64,000 nt of DNA from Entomortierella parvispora E1425 (taxonomy: Eukaryota; Fungi; Mortierellomycota), in NCBI GenBank assembly GCA_020891255.1, contig BQFW01000012.1, positions 1,550,001 through 1,614,000 on the forward strand, given 5' to 3'. The notes beneath the pieces were generated by a model. That model worked only from the letters and a program-made list of their open reading frames with translations, was not told the DNA's origin and ran no database searches. Positions 45,598-58,936 of the stretch are shown piece by piece. The translations under genes were made by a program, and so were the position numbers. Within the stretch, counting starts at the first letter, position 1. Each line of letters opens with the position of its first letter.

Positions 45598-48500
45598 ATG
45601 TAAGCAGGCGTTTCAATGCACTTGCGATGGATAAAAAGTCAGTTCAGCAGCCACCGTTCATGCTGATTTACGGTCTTGTCTCGTTTAATATAGGGCCCCG
45701 GCCTCCATTGTCCAGACAAAGCTGATCACAGCCTCGTCTTTGCACACCCGTTTGCCTCGCTCCCAGCATGCCTATGTCTGGCCCTTTGTTTTCCTTTACC
45801 CAGCCTGGATCTTTGTCTACCTCTTCCGCTATGACGAGTGGATCAGATCCGAGGAGATTACCTTTGTAACTCTGGGTCTCCTTATGACCGTCCACTCTCT
45901 TTTGTTCCTGACCTGCCAGTGGAGCGTCTCCATCAAGGCAACTTTGACCTGCAAGAAGGTATGGCTTCAACTCTGCAACTCGGAACGGATTTAGTCAGAG
46001 CTGCAGGGCAGGAAGGCTGCGATGTGGATAGGTCTATGTACTAACCGCTGATCGTCTCGACCATGTTTTCATCGCCACGACCTTTTCATTCCATTCAGGA
46101 AACTGACCCCACCAAGGCCACCATTATCCGAATCATCCCAGACAAGCATCGCGGACTGGGAGCTCTTTGCGATCTCCACCATGAGGTACGGTTGCAGCAG
46201 GCCCAGGGGGACCACAAACATTTTGCTGTCGATCGCTGAATGGCTCCGACTTACCCCACCACACAAATTTCTTTGTCGATCTGTAGAACGGTGACACGTT
46301 TTTCTTCTTCCAGAAGAAGAAATACATCTACAATGCCGACAAGAAGCTTTTTGTCAAGATCAAGTATCCCTCTGACATTGGTTTGACTATGGGCGAATTC
46401 CAGAGGGCGAAGGGCTTGAACGAAGAGCAGGCAAAGTCTTCCCTTGCCACCTATGGTCTCAACAGATTCGACATTCCTCTGCCAAAGTTCATGGAGCTTT
46501 TCAAGGAACACGCCGTCGCTCCCTTCTTCATCTTCCAGATCTTCTGTGTCGCACTTTGGTGCTTGGATGAGTACTGGTACTACTCGCTCTTCACCCTGTT
46601 CATGTTGGTCGTCTTTGAGTCCACTGTCGTTTGGCAGGTAAGTTATGCTTCAAAATACCAATGAGCCGCTCTCTCTAAACCGCGATACTCATACCCTCCT
46701 TTTGTTTTGCATGTAGCGTCTGAAAACTATTGGAGAGTTCCAGGGCATGTCCATCAAACCTTTCAGTGTCAACGTGCGTCGCTCAGGAACCTGGATTAGC
46801 ATCATGTCGGACGAACTCTTGCCTGGTGATCTTGTCTCGATCGTTCGCACAAAGGAGGACTCTGGAGTTCCTTGTGATATGGTTATTGTGGACGGCACTT
46901 GCATCGTCAATGAGGCTATGCTCTCTGGAGAATCTACCCCCCTCTTGAAGGAGGGTGTTATGCTTCGCGAGGCCGACGACATCTTGGAATTGAACGGCGC
47001 TGACAAACTGAATGTTCTTTACGGAGGCACCAAGGTCCTTCAGGTGACATCCCCAACCAGCAACTTGAGAGCACCTGATGGTGGTTGTCTCTGCTATGTG
47101 GTTCGCACTGGATTCGGTACTGCCCAAGGAAAGTTGGTTCGCACCATGGTCTACTCGACAGAGCGTGTCACCGCCAACAACTTGGAGGCTTTGTTGTTCA
47201 TTTTGTTCTTGCTCATTTTCGCCATTGTTGCCGCTCGTTACGTCTGGGTTATCGGAGCCGCCAGCGGTCGCAAGAAGGGAAAGCTGCTGCTGGACTGTAT
47301 TCTGATCATCACCTCGGTTGTTCCTCCTGAGCTTCCCATGGAACTGTCTCTTGCCGTCAACACCTCCTTGATCGCTTTGGCTCGCCACCATATCTTCTGT
47401 GTTGAGCCTTTCCGCATTCCCTTTGCTGGAAAGGTTGATGTTTGCTGTTTCGATAAGACTGGAACTCTGACCGGAGAGAACCTCGTTGTTGAGGGTGTTT
47501 GCGGTATTGATGTCAAGGAGCCTGAGAAGTTGGTCATGCCTGACCAGTCCCCCGCCGCGTCTCGCCATGTCCTTGCTACTGCTCACGCCCTTGTCCAACT
47601 TGATGAGGGTTTGGTCGGAGATCCCATGGAGCGCGTCACTTTGGAGGCCCTCAAGTGGAAGGTCGGTAAGCACGATAACGTCTATCCTGACAACGCCTAC
47701 AACAAGTCCGAGCATCTTGTCATCCGCCGTCGATTCCAGTTCTCTTCTGCCCTCAAGCGCATGTCCACCATTTCGACCCTTACCAGCCCCGAGTTCAGAA
47801 CCACAAAGCTCTTTGTCGCCGTTAAAGGAGCCCCCGAGACTCTCAAGAACATGTACACTCAATTGCCCAACCACTACGAAGAGACCTACAAGCAGTACAC
47901 TCGCCGTGGAAGCCGTGTCCTTGCTCTTGGTTACAAGTACCTTCCCGATGGATTGAACGCCGATCAGATCAACGGTTTGAACCGTGATAACGTTGAAAGC
48001 CAACTCGTCTTTGCTGGATTCCTGGTCTTCCATTGCCCATTGAAGTCTGACTCTGCTCAGGCCATCAAGATGTTGAACGAATCCTCTCACCGCTGTGTTA
48101 TGATCACCGGAGACAACCCCTTGACTGCCTGCCATGTCGCCCGCGAGGTTGATATTGTGAACCGCGATGTCCTCATCATGGATGTTCGTGAGGATGGTGC
48201 CGGCCCGCAGGACCTTGTCTGGAAGTCTGTGGATGAGTCCAAGATCATTTCTTTGGATCCTTCGAAGCCCTTTGACCCAACCGTCTTCCGTGACTATGAT
48301 ATCTGTGTGACTGGACCAGCCATGGCCCAGTATGAGAACAAACCCACCTATGCCGAATTGGTCCGACACACTTGGGTCTATGCCCGTGTTTCCCCCGGAC
48401 AAAAGGAGACTATTCTTACTACCTTGAAGGCCTGCGGTTACACGACCCTCATGTGCGGAGACGGCACCAACGACGTTGGAGCATTGAAGCAGGCCCATAT

Positions 48501-49590
48501 CGGTGTCGCCTTACTGGACGGAGAACCCGAGGATTTGATCCGCATTGCCGAGTACAATCAGATTCAGCGTCTCAAGAATGTGTACGAAAACCAGATCAAG
48601 TTCACTGCACGTTTCAACATGGCTCCTCCCCCTCCCCACGCCAAGATTGCCCAGTATTTCCCTCCAGAGGTTATTGCTGCCAAGCAGCAAGCTGCTCGTG
48701 AGGCTGCCGGTATTGGCGCTGTCGATGAGAATGGTCGCCCTGTGCCTGCTGCCAAGCCCAAGCTCGATATGGATGGACTCGCCAACATGATGGAGGATAT
48801 GGATGACGAGGCTCCCCCCACCATCAAACTCGGTGATGCCTCGGCTGCTGCTCCTTTCACTTCCAAGCTTTCGACTCCAATGTCTATCGTCAACATTATT
48901 CGCCAGGGACGCTGCACTCTTGTTGCAACCATGCAGATGTACAAGATTTTGGCATTGAACTGTCTGATTACCGCTTACAGTTTGAGTGTTTTGCACTTGG
49001 ACGGAATCAAGTTTGGAGACTTCCAGGTGACCATCACTGGTATGTTGATGGCGGTCTGCTTCATGTGCATCTCAAAGGCCACCCCTCTCGAGCGCCTGTC
49101 GAAGCAGCGTCCCCAGCCCAACATTTTCAACTTTTATATTATCCTGTCCGTCTTGGGTCAGTTTGCCGTGCACATCATCTCTCTCGTTTACATCACACGC
49201 GAGGCCAAGGTCTACGAGTCGGATCGTACTATTGATTTGGAGCGTACGTTCGAGCCCGGTCTTTTGAACTCTGCCATCTATCTGATCTCGCTGTCGATGC
49301 AGGTCTCGACCTTTGCCATCAATTATGAGGGACATCCTTTCCGCGAGAGCTTGAGGGAGAACACCTACCTGTACCGTGGCTTGTTGGCTGTTGGAGGTGT
49401 CGCTGTTGCTGGAGCGACCGAGTTTGTGCCCGAGTTCAACGAGTGGCTTCAGCTGGTTCCATTCCCTGCGGAATTCAAGACCAAGTTGATGGGCATCATG
49501 GCGTTTGACTACTTTGGAGCGTGGGCGCTTGAGATTATCTGCAATACCCTCTTTGGCAACTTTGCGGCCAAGGACATTGTCCGAAAGTAG
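45598..49590 (+). CDS. SPF1: P5A-type ATPase (ER transmembrane helix dislocase, ATP13A1 orthologue)
   Basis: Start codon split AT|G by intron 45600-45693; further introns start at 45959, 46186 and 46637. Motifs FKEHAVAPFFIFQ, VNEAMLSGES, VVPPELP, DKTGTLT, MITGDN, MCGDGTNDVGALK and QGRCTLV. Confidence 0.97.
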
Positions 49591-49906
49591 ATTGTTTTTT
49601 TTGTCCTATTCCTATTCCTATTCCTTTCTCCCCTTTTGCACCTCTTACACGTTATATTAGTTTGCCTTCATAAAAAGATAATCTTCAAGTTTATTCGCTC
49701 TTACCACGCTTTGTTGGAGTTGAGGTCGAGTTCCTCGCGGTGGTGGCTTTTTCGTGACTGCTTATCAGTCTCCGAGACGCCATGTCGCGAATGCCGAGAT
49801 GCAGACCACGATCAGCTCTCCACTTTGACCCATCCGCTTGCACGACGCGAACCGCTCTTTCCAGTCTAGGACCACAGGACAATAGGACAACAACGTATCC
49901 CTCACA

Positions 49907-50996
49907 ATGGGAAACTCTGCCTCTAAATCAGCCGCTTCAGGAGCAAAGTCCGCAGCGCGTCACTTTCCGTCGGCTGCGTCTTTGCAGGAGCGGACTGCGA
50001 CGGCCACCTCAGTGCATGCCAGTGCAAAGGCGAATGCCAATGCGGCGCATGCCAGCATGAACTCGTCGCCCAAACAGGACTACTTGGCGCAGCAGAAGCA
50101 GTTGGAAGAAGAAATCGCACGTTATGATCGGGAGATTGGCCAGAGCGACAAAATTGGTAAACAGCAGGAGTATCTCTTTGCAGGACACGATGTAACAGGA
50201 TGGGGATCTTCTTTTGTATCTAACAGTCCCTCTATGCTTTCTAGATGGAGAGAGTAGACCTCTGGAAGATACGCCATCGGCAGCAGAGATGCAGTTTTTT
50301 GGAAACCTGCGAACCATTGGACAAGTCAAGGTGGATGATCCCGATCAAGTCAAGCATCATGAGGTATCCCAAAGGGACAGGAGCCTACTGTTTATAATTC
50401 TTAATGTCATAAAAAAAAAAAAAGGACTCACGAAAGATTGTACTCGGAACCTCTCTTTTTAGGCAGAAGCCATCTTGAAGCGCAAGTTGCCTCAAAAGTC
50501 GACCTCTTCTAGTTCCAGCAACAACAACAACAACAAAACCATTCCCAGCAGCACAGGAGCCTTCACCCCCTTTTCATCTTCTTCGACCGTGCAATCGGCC
50601 GCCAGCACCGGATCGACCTTGACGTCTTTGAAGCTCATGAACATTCTTCAGCTCCGGAACAGGGATCCATCTGTCTGGACCTTGGACCGACTCTCGGAGG
50701 AATTTGATATCAAGAAGGCAGACTTGAAGGCCTTGACCAAATACATCAACACGTATACGATCCTGCCTGGAAAGGATGCCAAGGGAAGGGAGGCAGGCGT
50801 CTGGTGTGAGGATATCCGGGGTGTGGAGATCTTGGAGAGACCTAGTGTCGTAACGGAAGCTGAGGAGGCTGCAGGCATTGTCAGACCCCCTACCGCATCT
50901 TCAACCTCAAAATCCACGGCAGCGGCATCATCATCGTCGTCATCATCATCGTCATCAGCAGCAAAATCGGCTACTGGAGAGCGGAGGACGACGTAG
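49907..50996 (+). CDS. NDUFAF4-like (UPF0240) mitochondrial complex I assembly factor
   Basis: Three exons. N-terminal myristoylation-type MGNSASK...RHFP; FFGNLRTIGQVKV; C-terminal LTSLKLMNILQLRNRDPSVWTLDRLSEEFDIKKADLKALTKYIN resembles the NDUFAF4 C-terminal WTxExIAxxY motif. The family call rests on motif recall only. Confidence 0.65.
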
Positions 50997-51224
50997 ATGA
51001 CCTAGTTTTTTTGTAATACATGAATTTCCCTGTAACGACTCCCCCCTATGCAAGGCAAAAGTCACTTTTTTTTTATATTGGCTTTATTCGCCTCGTAAAA
51101 ACATGAAAGGGCGTTAGAAATCCCATTAGGTCATAAGAAAAGGTCATGAGATGCTACAGTGGAATTGAATGGCATAGATGAACTAAGAAAAAAAAGAACA
51201 AAAAAGTTGAGTGGCAGCCAAGGT

Positions 51225-54200
51225 CTAATTGAAAAAGTAATCAAAGTCGTTCGAACCATCACCCTCGAGCGAGGGGAATAACGGTGGGAGTTGCTGGTAT
51301 CCTTGGAACTCGGATGAGGACAGTAATTGCGGCTGCTGGGGCAGTTGACCCAGAGGCAAGTGCTCTTGAACACCTGGGAACTGCGACTGCAACTGGATAG
51401 GAGCAAACTGAGGCTGAGGGAGTTGAGGCAGAGGTTGAGCTTGAGGGAGTTGAATCGAGGGTAATTGCTGCTGCTCCAGTTGCTGCTGCTGGATCGGAGA
51501 AAGTTGGATTTCCGGTAGCTGGAGCTGGAACTGCTGCAGCTGGGGCAGTGGCGGCAGCTGCTGCTGTGCCTGCGACTGAGGGAACTCTATCTGCGGCTGC
51601 TGAAGCTGGGGCTGCGACTGAGGGAGCTCTATCTGCGGCGACTGAAGCAAGGGCTGCGGCTGTCGGTGATGGTCGAGCTGCTGGCTTTGCCGACTCTGTT
51701 CCGACTGCTCAAATAGCAATTGGAGCATCTGCTGAAGCTCCAATTGCTGTTGGCGTTCAAACTGCTGCTGAAGCTCAAGCTGATATTGGAGTTCGTATTG
51801 CGATGGTTGATGAGGCTGGATTAGAGCCTGTGGAAGAAGTGTTGGGGGTGAGTGCTGCTGAGGCGTCCATGGCGAAGATGGATGTGAAAACTGCTGTCGG
51901 GAGCGCGTCCATCTGGGCAGCTGTTCAGCAGGTCCTTCAGGATGCCAGTTTATCTCCTCGTGTGGGTTCGCCATATGATCCATCACTAATCGATGCAAGG
52001 AGTTGGCCTTCCGGGCAGGGATAGGGCCCTGTAAGATCTCAATGGGACTGACTTGGGATAGATCCGGGTTGCGGCTCCTCATGATCTGGAGATCGGCCTC
52101 AAGGATAAAGGCCGGCGCCTCGGAGCGGTGGATTCGAAGCACTCTGTCGAGGTCTCGTCTCCATTCAAAGACGAACTCTTCAGCAGTGGTCTTGATCAAG
52201 TCTCGCTCCTTGCCTCCAGCGCTTGATCCTTCGGTTTTCTCGTGGGCAAACACGCACGCTCCTCTCGGAGAATATCGCATGTCTCTGCCGGCGGCTATGT
52301 TTTCGTCCTCCTCCATCTTTTCTCCAGTCCGGTATTTCCACCGTTCGACCTCCTCCGTGGCAAGCCCCTGCGCATCGTCCCAGAGACCTTTTGCCATATC
52401 AAGGATCGCCGATCGTTCGTTCTCAAAAGGTCGGTCCTTGGCAATGAACCACCGAAGCGGATCCTCGTAAAAATCCTTGACAGTGGGTTGCCGCCGGCGG
52501 AACCCATGCCAGGCCATGGTCTCATGATGGAAATCCTTTCGGTATTGGACACGGTCAAAGGGGTAAGGTGCATTCAAGGGGAGTGTGGCAAAGAACGGGA
52601 TAGGATCATTCTTGAGGTTTTCGTTGGACCGGCGTTCCAGGACTGAATTGTGCAATTGCCAGGTCAAGATCCGTTGATGTTCATCATCGAGGGCCTTGAT
52701 GTTAGCAAAGAGTTTGTGCATATGGTCGTCAGGTCCAAGGGGGACCTTGTTCTTGGCCCACTGAATAACAGTTGGCATGACTTTTTGTGGTGACCATGTT
52801 GGATATCAAAAGTGACTTAGTGCATGATGAGAAAGATAGGAATTCAAAGCAGCTTCTATACAAAAAAAATACACTTACATGGGATGTACAGCATCAGCTC
52901 ACGTCGAAAGTTGAGATACAGGTTCAAAGCCTCGAGCTCCTTGGGATGAGCCAGTGACAAGAACGCGACGAGATCCTGGGTGCTGATATGGAGCCAATGC
53001 GCGACGTCGGTCGTTCGCAAGTGATACACAAAAGAATCCGACTTTGACTGTGGTGCAGTGACGGGTCGAGGTGAGATTCTGCCAGCAGAAACAACTGAAA
53101 AGTCGGTGGATGAGCAAACGGGCCAGACCGGTATCACCCAGTACTGAAATTGTCCTCCCCAGGCTCGCTGATCCAGTCCATCTGCTGGTGGGATCCTGGG
53201 CATCCAGTAGATCACAGTAGAGAGCGGGTTCGCGCTTGGGCCCGTCGATAACATATGGTCAGCAAGGAGGCGATCCGTGATCTGCTTTATCCATTCGTTC
53301 ATCTGGATCCCGTCAGGAACCTTTGAAGAAAGACAAGAGTTGAAGGCACTTTGATTAAAATTTGTGCTACACAAAAGCGCATCGCTTGGTTTTCTGACGG
53401 AGAACAATAACAAAGACGTACCAAATGTTCGAAACGTGGAGTTGCGCCCACCTGTGGTATCTCATCCTTGATTGGGTTTATCTCCGTTTCCACGCACTGA
53501 CCCCCTCTGACCTTACACGATTTTCGTGATGCTTCCTCTGAATGGTGTCCGTCGTCGTCATTGTCGACCTTGCGCTTCAGTCGTCGCTCGTGTGACAGGA
53601 CGCGTTGTTTTTCCAAAAGAGCGATGCGATTGTCTGAAATCTGGGGAGAAAAAATATAAAAATAAAAGTCATTATGAGGGCTACGGTCAAAATGGCGGCG
53701 AAGGAAGAATAGGTGGTTCACACTGTAGCCCATGTTGTTGATTACCTCTTTTGTGTCTGATCCGTGGGTGAAAAGGGGACAGCGAACCGGTGCTTGCATC
53801 TGTGTTTCCTCAGCGTTGTCATCTGTAGACGCATCTCCCTCTGGCTCTTGAAAACCATAGAGGGCATCGGATAGTTCCCGCAGCCTACCATCCTCAGGAA
53901 ACCCCACGCTCAGCGCTGGACTCGGGTGGCCGGGGGAAAGCAGAACCAAGGCTTGATTTGGTTGCTGACGAGTCGAGGACTGTGGAGGGAACAAAGCCTG
54001 CAAGTGCAAGTCTGCTGAAATATCCGTTGTTGTCAAACTTGGAGTCGAAGGGGACAACGAGTATACCGTGGAGTTAGCTTCTGAAGTTTCTGCCGATGCT
54101 GCAGGCTGAACCTGATGAGTTGTGATCGCGCCAGTCATGGGCTCAGGCACTGCTGGTAGCAGCATGGCAGAAGCAGGGGCAAGCAAGGCGGCTGTGTCGG

Positions 54201-54987
54201 GGAGAGCAAAATCAGCTGTGGCGGCGGTAACAGCGGCAACAACAGCGGCAACTAAGGCTGCGGAGGTGGTGGTCGCAATGGTGTGGGCGCCAAAAACAGC
54301 ATCTGCAGCAAGATCGGCAGGAGCGGCAGTCACCTCCTCCTGGGGAACTTCTTGTTGGCGCTCGCCCAAAGCCTGAGTTAGGCGAGAACGAGTGCTAACA
54401 GGGTCATTCTCTAGTTGCATCCCAACCATCGCGTGAAAAGATGACACGGATACGGCTGCCGACGTCGATCCATAGGGAGTACTGACTGGAGTGGGAGGTG
54501 ATTCATTTCGAGCGCGCCCCTTTCCCTTGTCAGCGGAAGTGCGGCCGTATGTGAGTTCTTTGGCGGCATCCCTTCTCAGAGTTTTCCCTTGAACCTTAAC
54601 AGGAGTCCTGACAGAGGTCCCTATCGGAGTCTTGGATGAAGTCTTGACGACTGGTTTGCGCGCTTTGACCCCAAGGCTAGATGTACCAGCAACACTGGGG
54701 ACAGCTAGTGCCTTGGCTGGCGTCTTGGATAATCGCTTGGAAGCAGGGGATGAAAGTGTGGGTTCTATCTGCTGTTCTGGCTCTAGAACGGTGGCGGAAG
54801 AACTTTGGGATACAACAATGGTCGTGGCGGCATCTTGGGTTGCGGAGACAGTTTTGGCAGCAGCGGCGGCTTGAATGGCGGCCTTGACTCTTGCGTCTCG
54901 TTCATTTCGATCTCGAATTCGTTGGGAAGATCTTGGAAGAGAAGGTCCTTCGTCGACAGGAGCGGACCCAGGGTTATGGGCACACAT
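51225..54987 (-). CDS. Large hypothetical protein (~1150 aa): disordered N-terminus, predicted folded central region, Gln-rich C-terminus
   Basis: Three ORF-track segments join through introns 53745-53641, 53497-53394 and 52878-52781 with consistent phases. No family recognised. Confidence 0.7.
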
Positions 54988-55264
54988 AGCTCTGGTTCGA
55001 AGAAGAAGACGAACTGAGTTGGCTGATTGGATGCAGATTCGTATTCTGAAGTAATGAGTTTTAGGGAGGATGATAGGGAGAAAGTGAAGGAGGAGGGCGG
55101 AGGAGGAGAAGAAACTTCTGGGCTAAAGATCACTTTTATACCCCGGCAAGGAACGATGGATACCTAGGAATCAGGGTTGGGTTCAAGGCTACTGCCAAGG
55201 GTGGTGTTCACTTGGATCGGCTGGAAGTATCTTTCTGAAAAACCATGAGTTCTTTGCGCCATGC

Positions 55265-55295
<31 letters not shown>

Positions 55296-56701
55296 AAGAG
55301 TGGATCACACATTGCAACGCGCGACACGAACGACGGCTTTCTGGAATCAAACGCGACATCCTTGTTACAAAGGGCGACTACCAAGGGTGTCCCACAGAAC
55401 CTGTATTCGTAGAGTGACCACGTCTTTTCACTTTGCAGTCCGACTACAGCCTACCATTCGGGGCATTGCTCTTTCTCGTGTATACGCTAGTAATGTTGCA
55501 GTTATGGAGCAGACTCGACAGGGAAAGCCGTGCTTGAATTGGTGGCGTGCATGCTGCAATGATAGAAGGACGCGTGTCCTCAAGAGATTATGGAAACTGA
55601 TTATAGACAAAAGGCCCGGGTCATTCAGATGGATAGAGAGTCATGGCAGTGGGTGAAATGTCAAGGCGCTTTGACTCGCTGCTCCGTCAGATGAGTCTTA
55701 ATAGCGAGGGCATGTGGAGACTTGGCAATCTGCTCCCTTCGCAGACCCCATTTCTATCCAACGAGCACAAGGACACGCCTGTGGTCGTTAACATGCCTAC
55801 AAAAAAAAGTCATCTGAAATTGCCTCATGGATCAAGAGACAGGGCTCGACTCTAGTTGGATCGGGGCCACCAGTGTTCCCTATCAATCTATCACCTGAAG
55901 GATTGTTTTCTACCCTTCAATGGATCCGCAGATGGCACGTTACCTTCCTGGAATTTCAACTGACTTGCATGACATCGTGGGCTTTTAAGTCTGGACCTAA
56001 ACCACAACCTTTTTATTATTATTAAAGCCATCATCCAGAGTTGTATTAAGAATTGCGAATCAAGGAGAGGATTCAAGTGCAATAGTGGTTCCCTTTGTAG
56101 AACATTGAGAGGATCCATTGAACTATGACCTTGACGTTTTTTCTTCTAGCTGGCCCATTCTGATAAACATTGTGGAAGTGCGCAAGTCGAGGGAGTGCTC
56201 TTAATTGCGACCGGACAAGACACAAATGCCACAAACATGACAACAGGTCGCTCTTCTACTGGTGTAGCATGCCCTGTGCGTCTTTGGGCAGACAGCACAG
56301 TTTTGAAATTTGCATTGGTGGCACAGGGAGAACCAGAGTGTAACTTTGCCTCTAGTTGTGGAAATGTCTGGTGTCGTATTTCCCGCGATCCCGCAAGCCT
56401 GTTCAGGGCAACAACAATCCGATCCAATAATCGAGCCAACTCAGTCATCGTCGTCTTCTGTTCTCACTCGCTAAATATGGGGTGTTGCACACTTTAACGG
56501 CCATGCACATGGTTCAGATGAATTTTATCCACGGTCATATAAAGACATTCGAACGCTGTTTTTTTCACGTTCAAATTCAAGACCTTGCCACAACCGTTCC
56601 CTCATCCCCACGAACACACGCACACTCACCCATTCTGGACCACCACAGTCAACTCACTGGACCCCGTTCAACTCAGAAACACCAAAACAGCAACAGAGCA
56701 G

Positions 56702-58368
56702 ATGAGCTCGATACCGCAGCCCCGGACCCTTGGCGATGCTATCCTTGAAGCAATATCTGCCGCCTCAGACTCGAATCAAGAGGAGGACCAACCTATCGTT
56801 CAGACAGAGGATCGTCCTCTGCATTTCAGCTATGTCGCACACAGCGACGCTGGTATCGTAAACAACCTTTTTCCCGATTTGAACTGGGGTTACAATGCCG
56901 CAGCTCACGATCTCTCGCATCTGGATCCGCACAGTGATCAGCAACAATCGCAAATTTTACCAACCCCACAATGCCTGCTTCAGATGTCTCTAGAATTTGG
57001 ACAAGAGCACGCCAGTCTTTCAGCCCTGGCTCAGTCGCACAACACACAGGACTATCTTCAATCTGACGATCAGATCGAACAACCTCTTCAATTGTTTTCT
57101 GGGCCCCTCGCTACACCTCTCTCCCACCATTCGGTTCCAATGGCATCGATGACTCCACCTTTCACATTGCCATTCTTCCCACAAGAGAACCAACAATGGC
57201 TGTTCCATCGACCTAATGGATATCTTCCAAACGACTTTGAGGCGGCTTACAACCAGCATGCATTTCAGCCAACCCCCACTGCAGTCTATGAGGCGCATTT
57301 TGAATTGCCATTGGAAACAGATTTCAGCAACTATCGCTCGCCAACGATCAATCGACTTTCAAGTCCAGATGATTGCTCTTCGCCCCTTTCGGCTACAGAG
57401 TCGTCCTCTGACCAAGGATACTTTGAGTCATTCGATGCAGACGCCTACGCGATTTCTATTGCATTCTCGGGCTCTTCACTATCCGGCTTCTCATCGTCCG
57501 CATCATCCTCCCCTGCACTCCCAACCGAGACCTTTGCGAGCCACAGTCACCACTCTAGTCTTTGCGACACACTGTCCGGTGTGTTTGGCGACCTAGGGGT
57601 TTCGAACCCCTTTGGCTCACCCGCATCCACAATGACTAGTCCAAACGAAGTGACATCCTCAAAGGGTAAATCTCGATATCGCCGTTCCCAGCAGCTGACT
57701 GCGAGATCAAGCTCTCCAGTTCAAACGCCATCCATCTCTTCGTTCATGTGTACAACTCCAACCCAACCATCTCCTCTCAAGCAGCAGTTCTCGTCCTTTG
57801 AATCCGATGCAGACCAGTCGAACAATGACAATGAGGACGATCAAGACACTGATGAAGGCAACGGTAGAAACCAGAAGCCTAAAAAGAAGCAAAGGAAGCG
57901 CACCCGCCGGGACCCTGAAGACAAGTCCAAAGCACCAAAACTAGTCCTTCCCGTATTGTCTGATGACATGTTCTTTTGTGTTTTTTTTTTTTTTTTTTTG
58001 GCATCTTTGAACAGCTTTGCTCACCAAATGTTTTCTTCCCTGCTCCATAGTGCGATTACCCAGAATGTACTGTCACCTGCGCCAGTCATCCCTCTTTAGT
58101 ACGGCACCGAGAGAGTCACAAGTGGCGAGGAAGGTACGCCCCCGTCCGTTGTGCGGCTTGCTGGACGCCTTTGTCGAATGAGTTCTCAGTCCAGCGTCAC
58201 ATCATGAGATCGTCCGAAGCTTCGCGTTGTCGAAGAATGCGAGGGTATAACAAGATGGAATCCGAGACGGCGATCCTTTCCACCGTACGGTTTTATCCGG
58301 ACCGTGGGCATGGGAAGAAGACTGTCCCTGTCAATTTGGAAAAGATGAGGGAAAAATACCCTGAATAA
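56702..58368 (+). CDS. Zinc-finger transcription factor (C2H2 + C2HC), ~522 aa
   Basis: Intron 57953-58050 joins ...KKKQRKRTRR...KLVLP|CDYPECTVTCASHPSLVRHRESH (Cx4Cx12Hx3H), followed by CAACWTPLSNEFSVQRHIMRSSEASRC (Cx2Cx12Hx9C). Acidic/Q/S-rich N-terminus. Confidence 0.85.
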
Positions 58369-58936
58369 GAACAAGCAAAAAAAGTGACCTGGACTCCGGC
58401 AGGCCGTTCTCCAAAACGAGTCTTTTTTTTTTTGTGTGTGTTGTTCGCGTTGAACTGTTCCATAGAATACACACAGGTAGCTGCATCGTGCTAGATAGAA
58501 CATACTCGACGATGATATCAATTAAAAAGCCTTCTGCGAACAGTGAACGAATAACGGGCCTCATTTCGTGCAACAAGCAACGCTCACGGACATGATCATA
58601 AAAATTTGATATGTCTCTGCAAGGAGAAGCATGGGTCGATTTACCACACTACCATTTTGATATGAATAGACATCTGTCCCTTTATCAAGTCATTGCCATT
58701 GTCTTTCTTCGCTTTGTATCGACAATGAAAGTAGATTGGGGAAAAAAAGCAAAGGCGGGAGGGAGAATTCTCAAGAGGAAGCACGCCACCAAATAAAGCT
58801 GCAAGTGATATCTACCTTTCCCCTCTCTCTGTTTCTTTCTCTTTCTCTACCTTCTCTTCCATACTTCACCCTCTGCCTTCTTACCTTACACCTATCCACC
58901 CATTTACTCTTTCCTAGTCCCCAGAAACGGACTGGG

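Noticed and set aside
46783-48498. 571-aa minus-strand ORF
   Set aside because: Antisense shadow of SPF1, caused by biased codon usage.
50364-50462. Intron donor GTATCCCA resembling a U12-type 5' site
   Set aside because: It deviates from GTATCCTT and has no TCCTTAAC-type branch site, so I treated it as an ordinary U2 intron.
55916-56122. 12-bp inverted repeat (TTCAATGGATCC...GGATCCATTGAA) as possible MITE ends
   Set aside because: No target-site duplication and no second copy in the window; about one such match is expected by chance in 64 kb.
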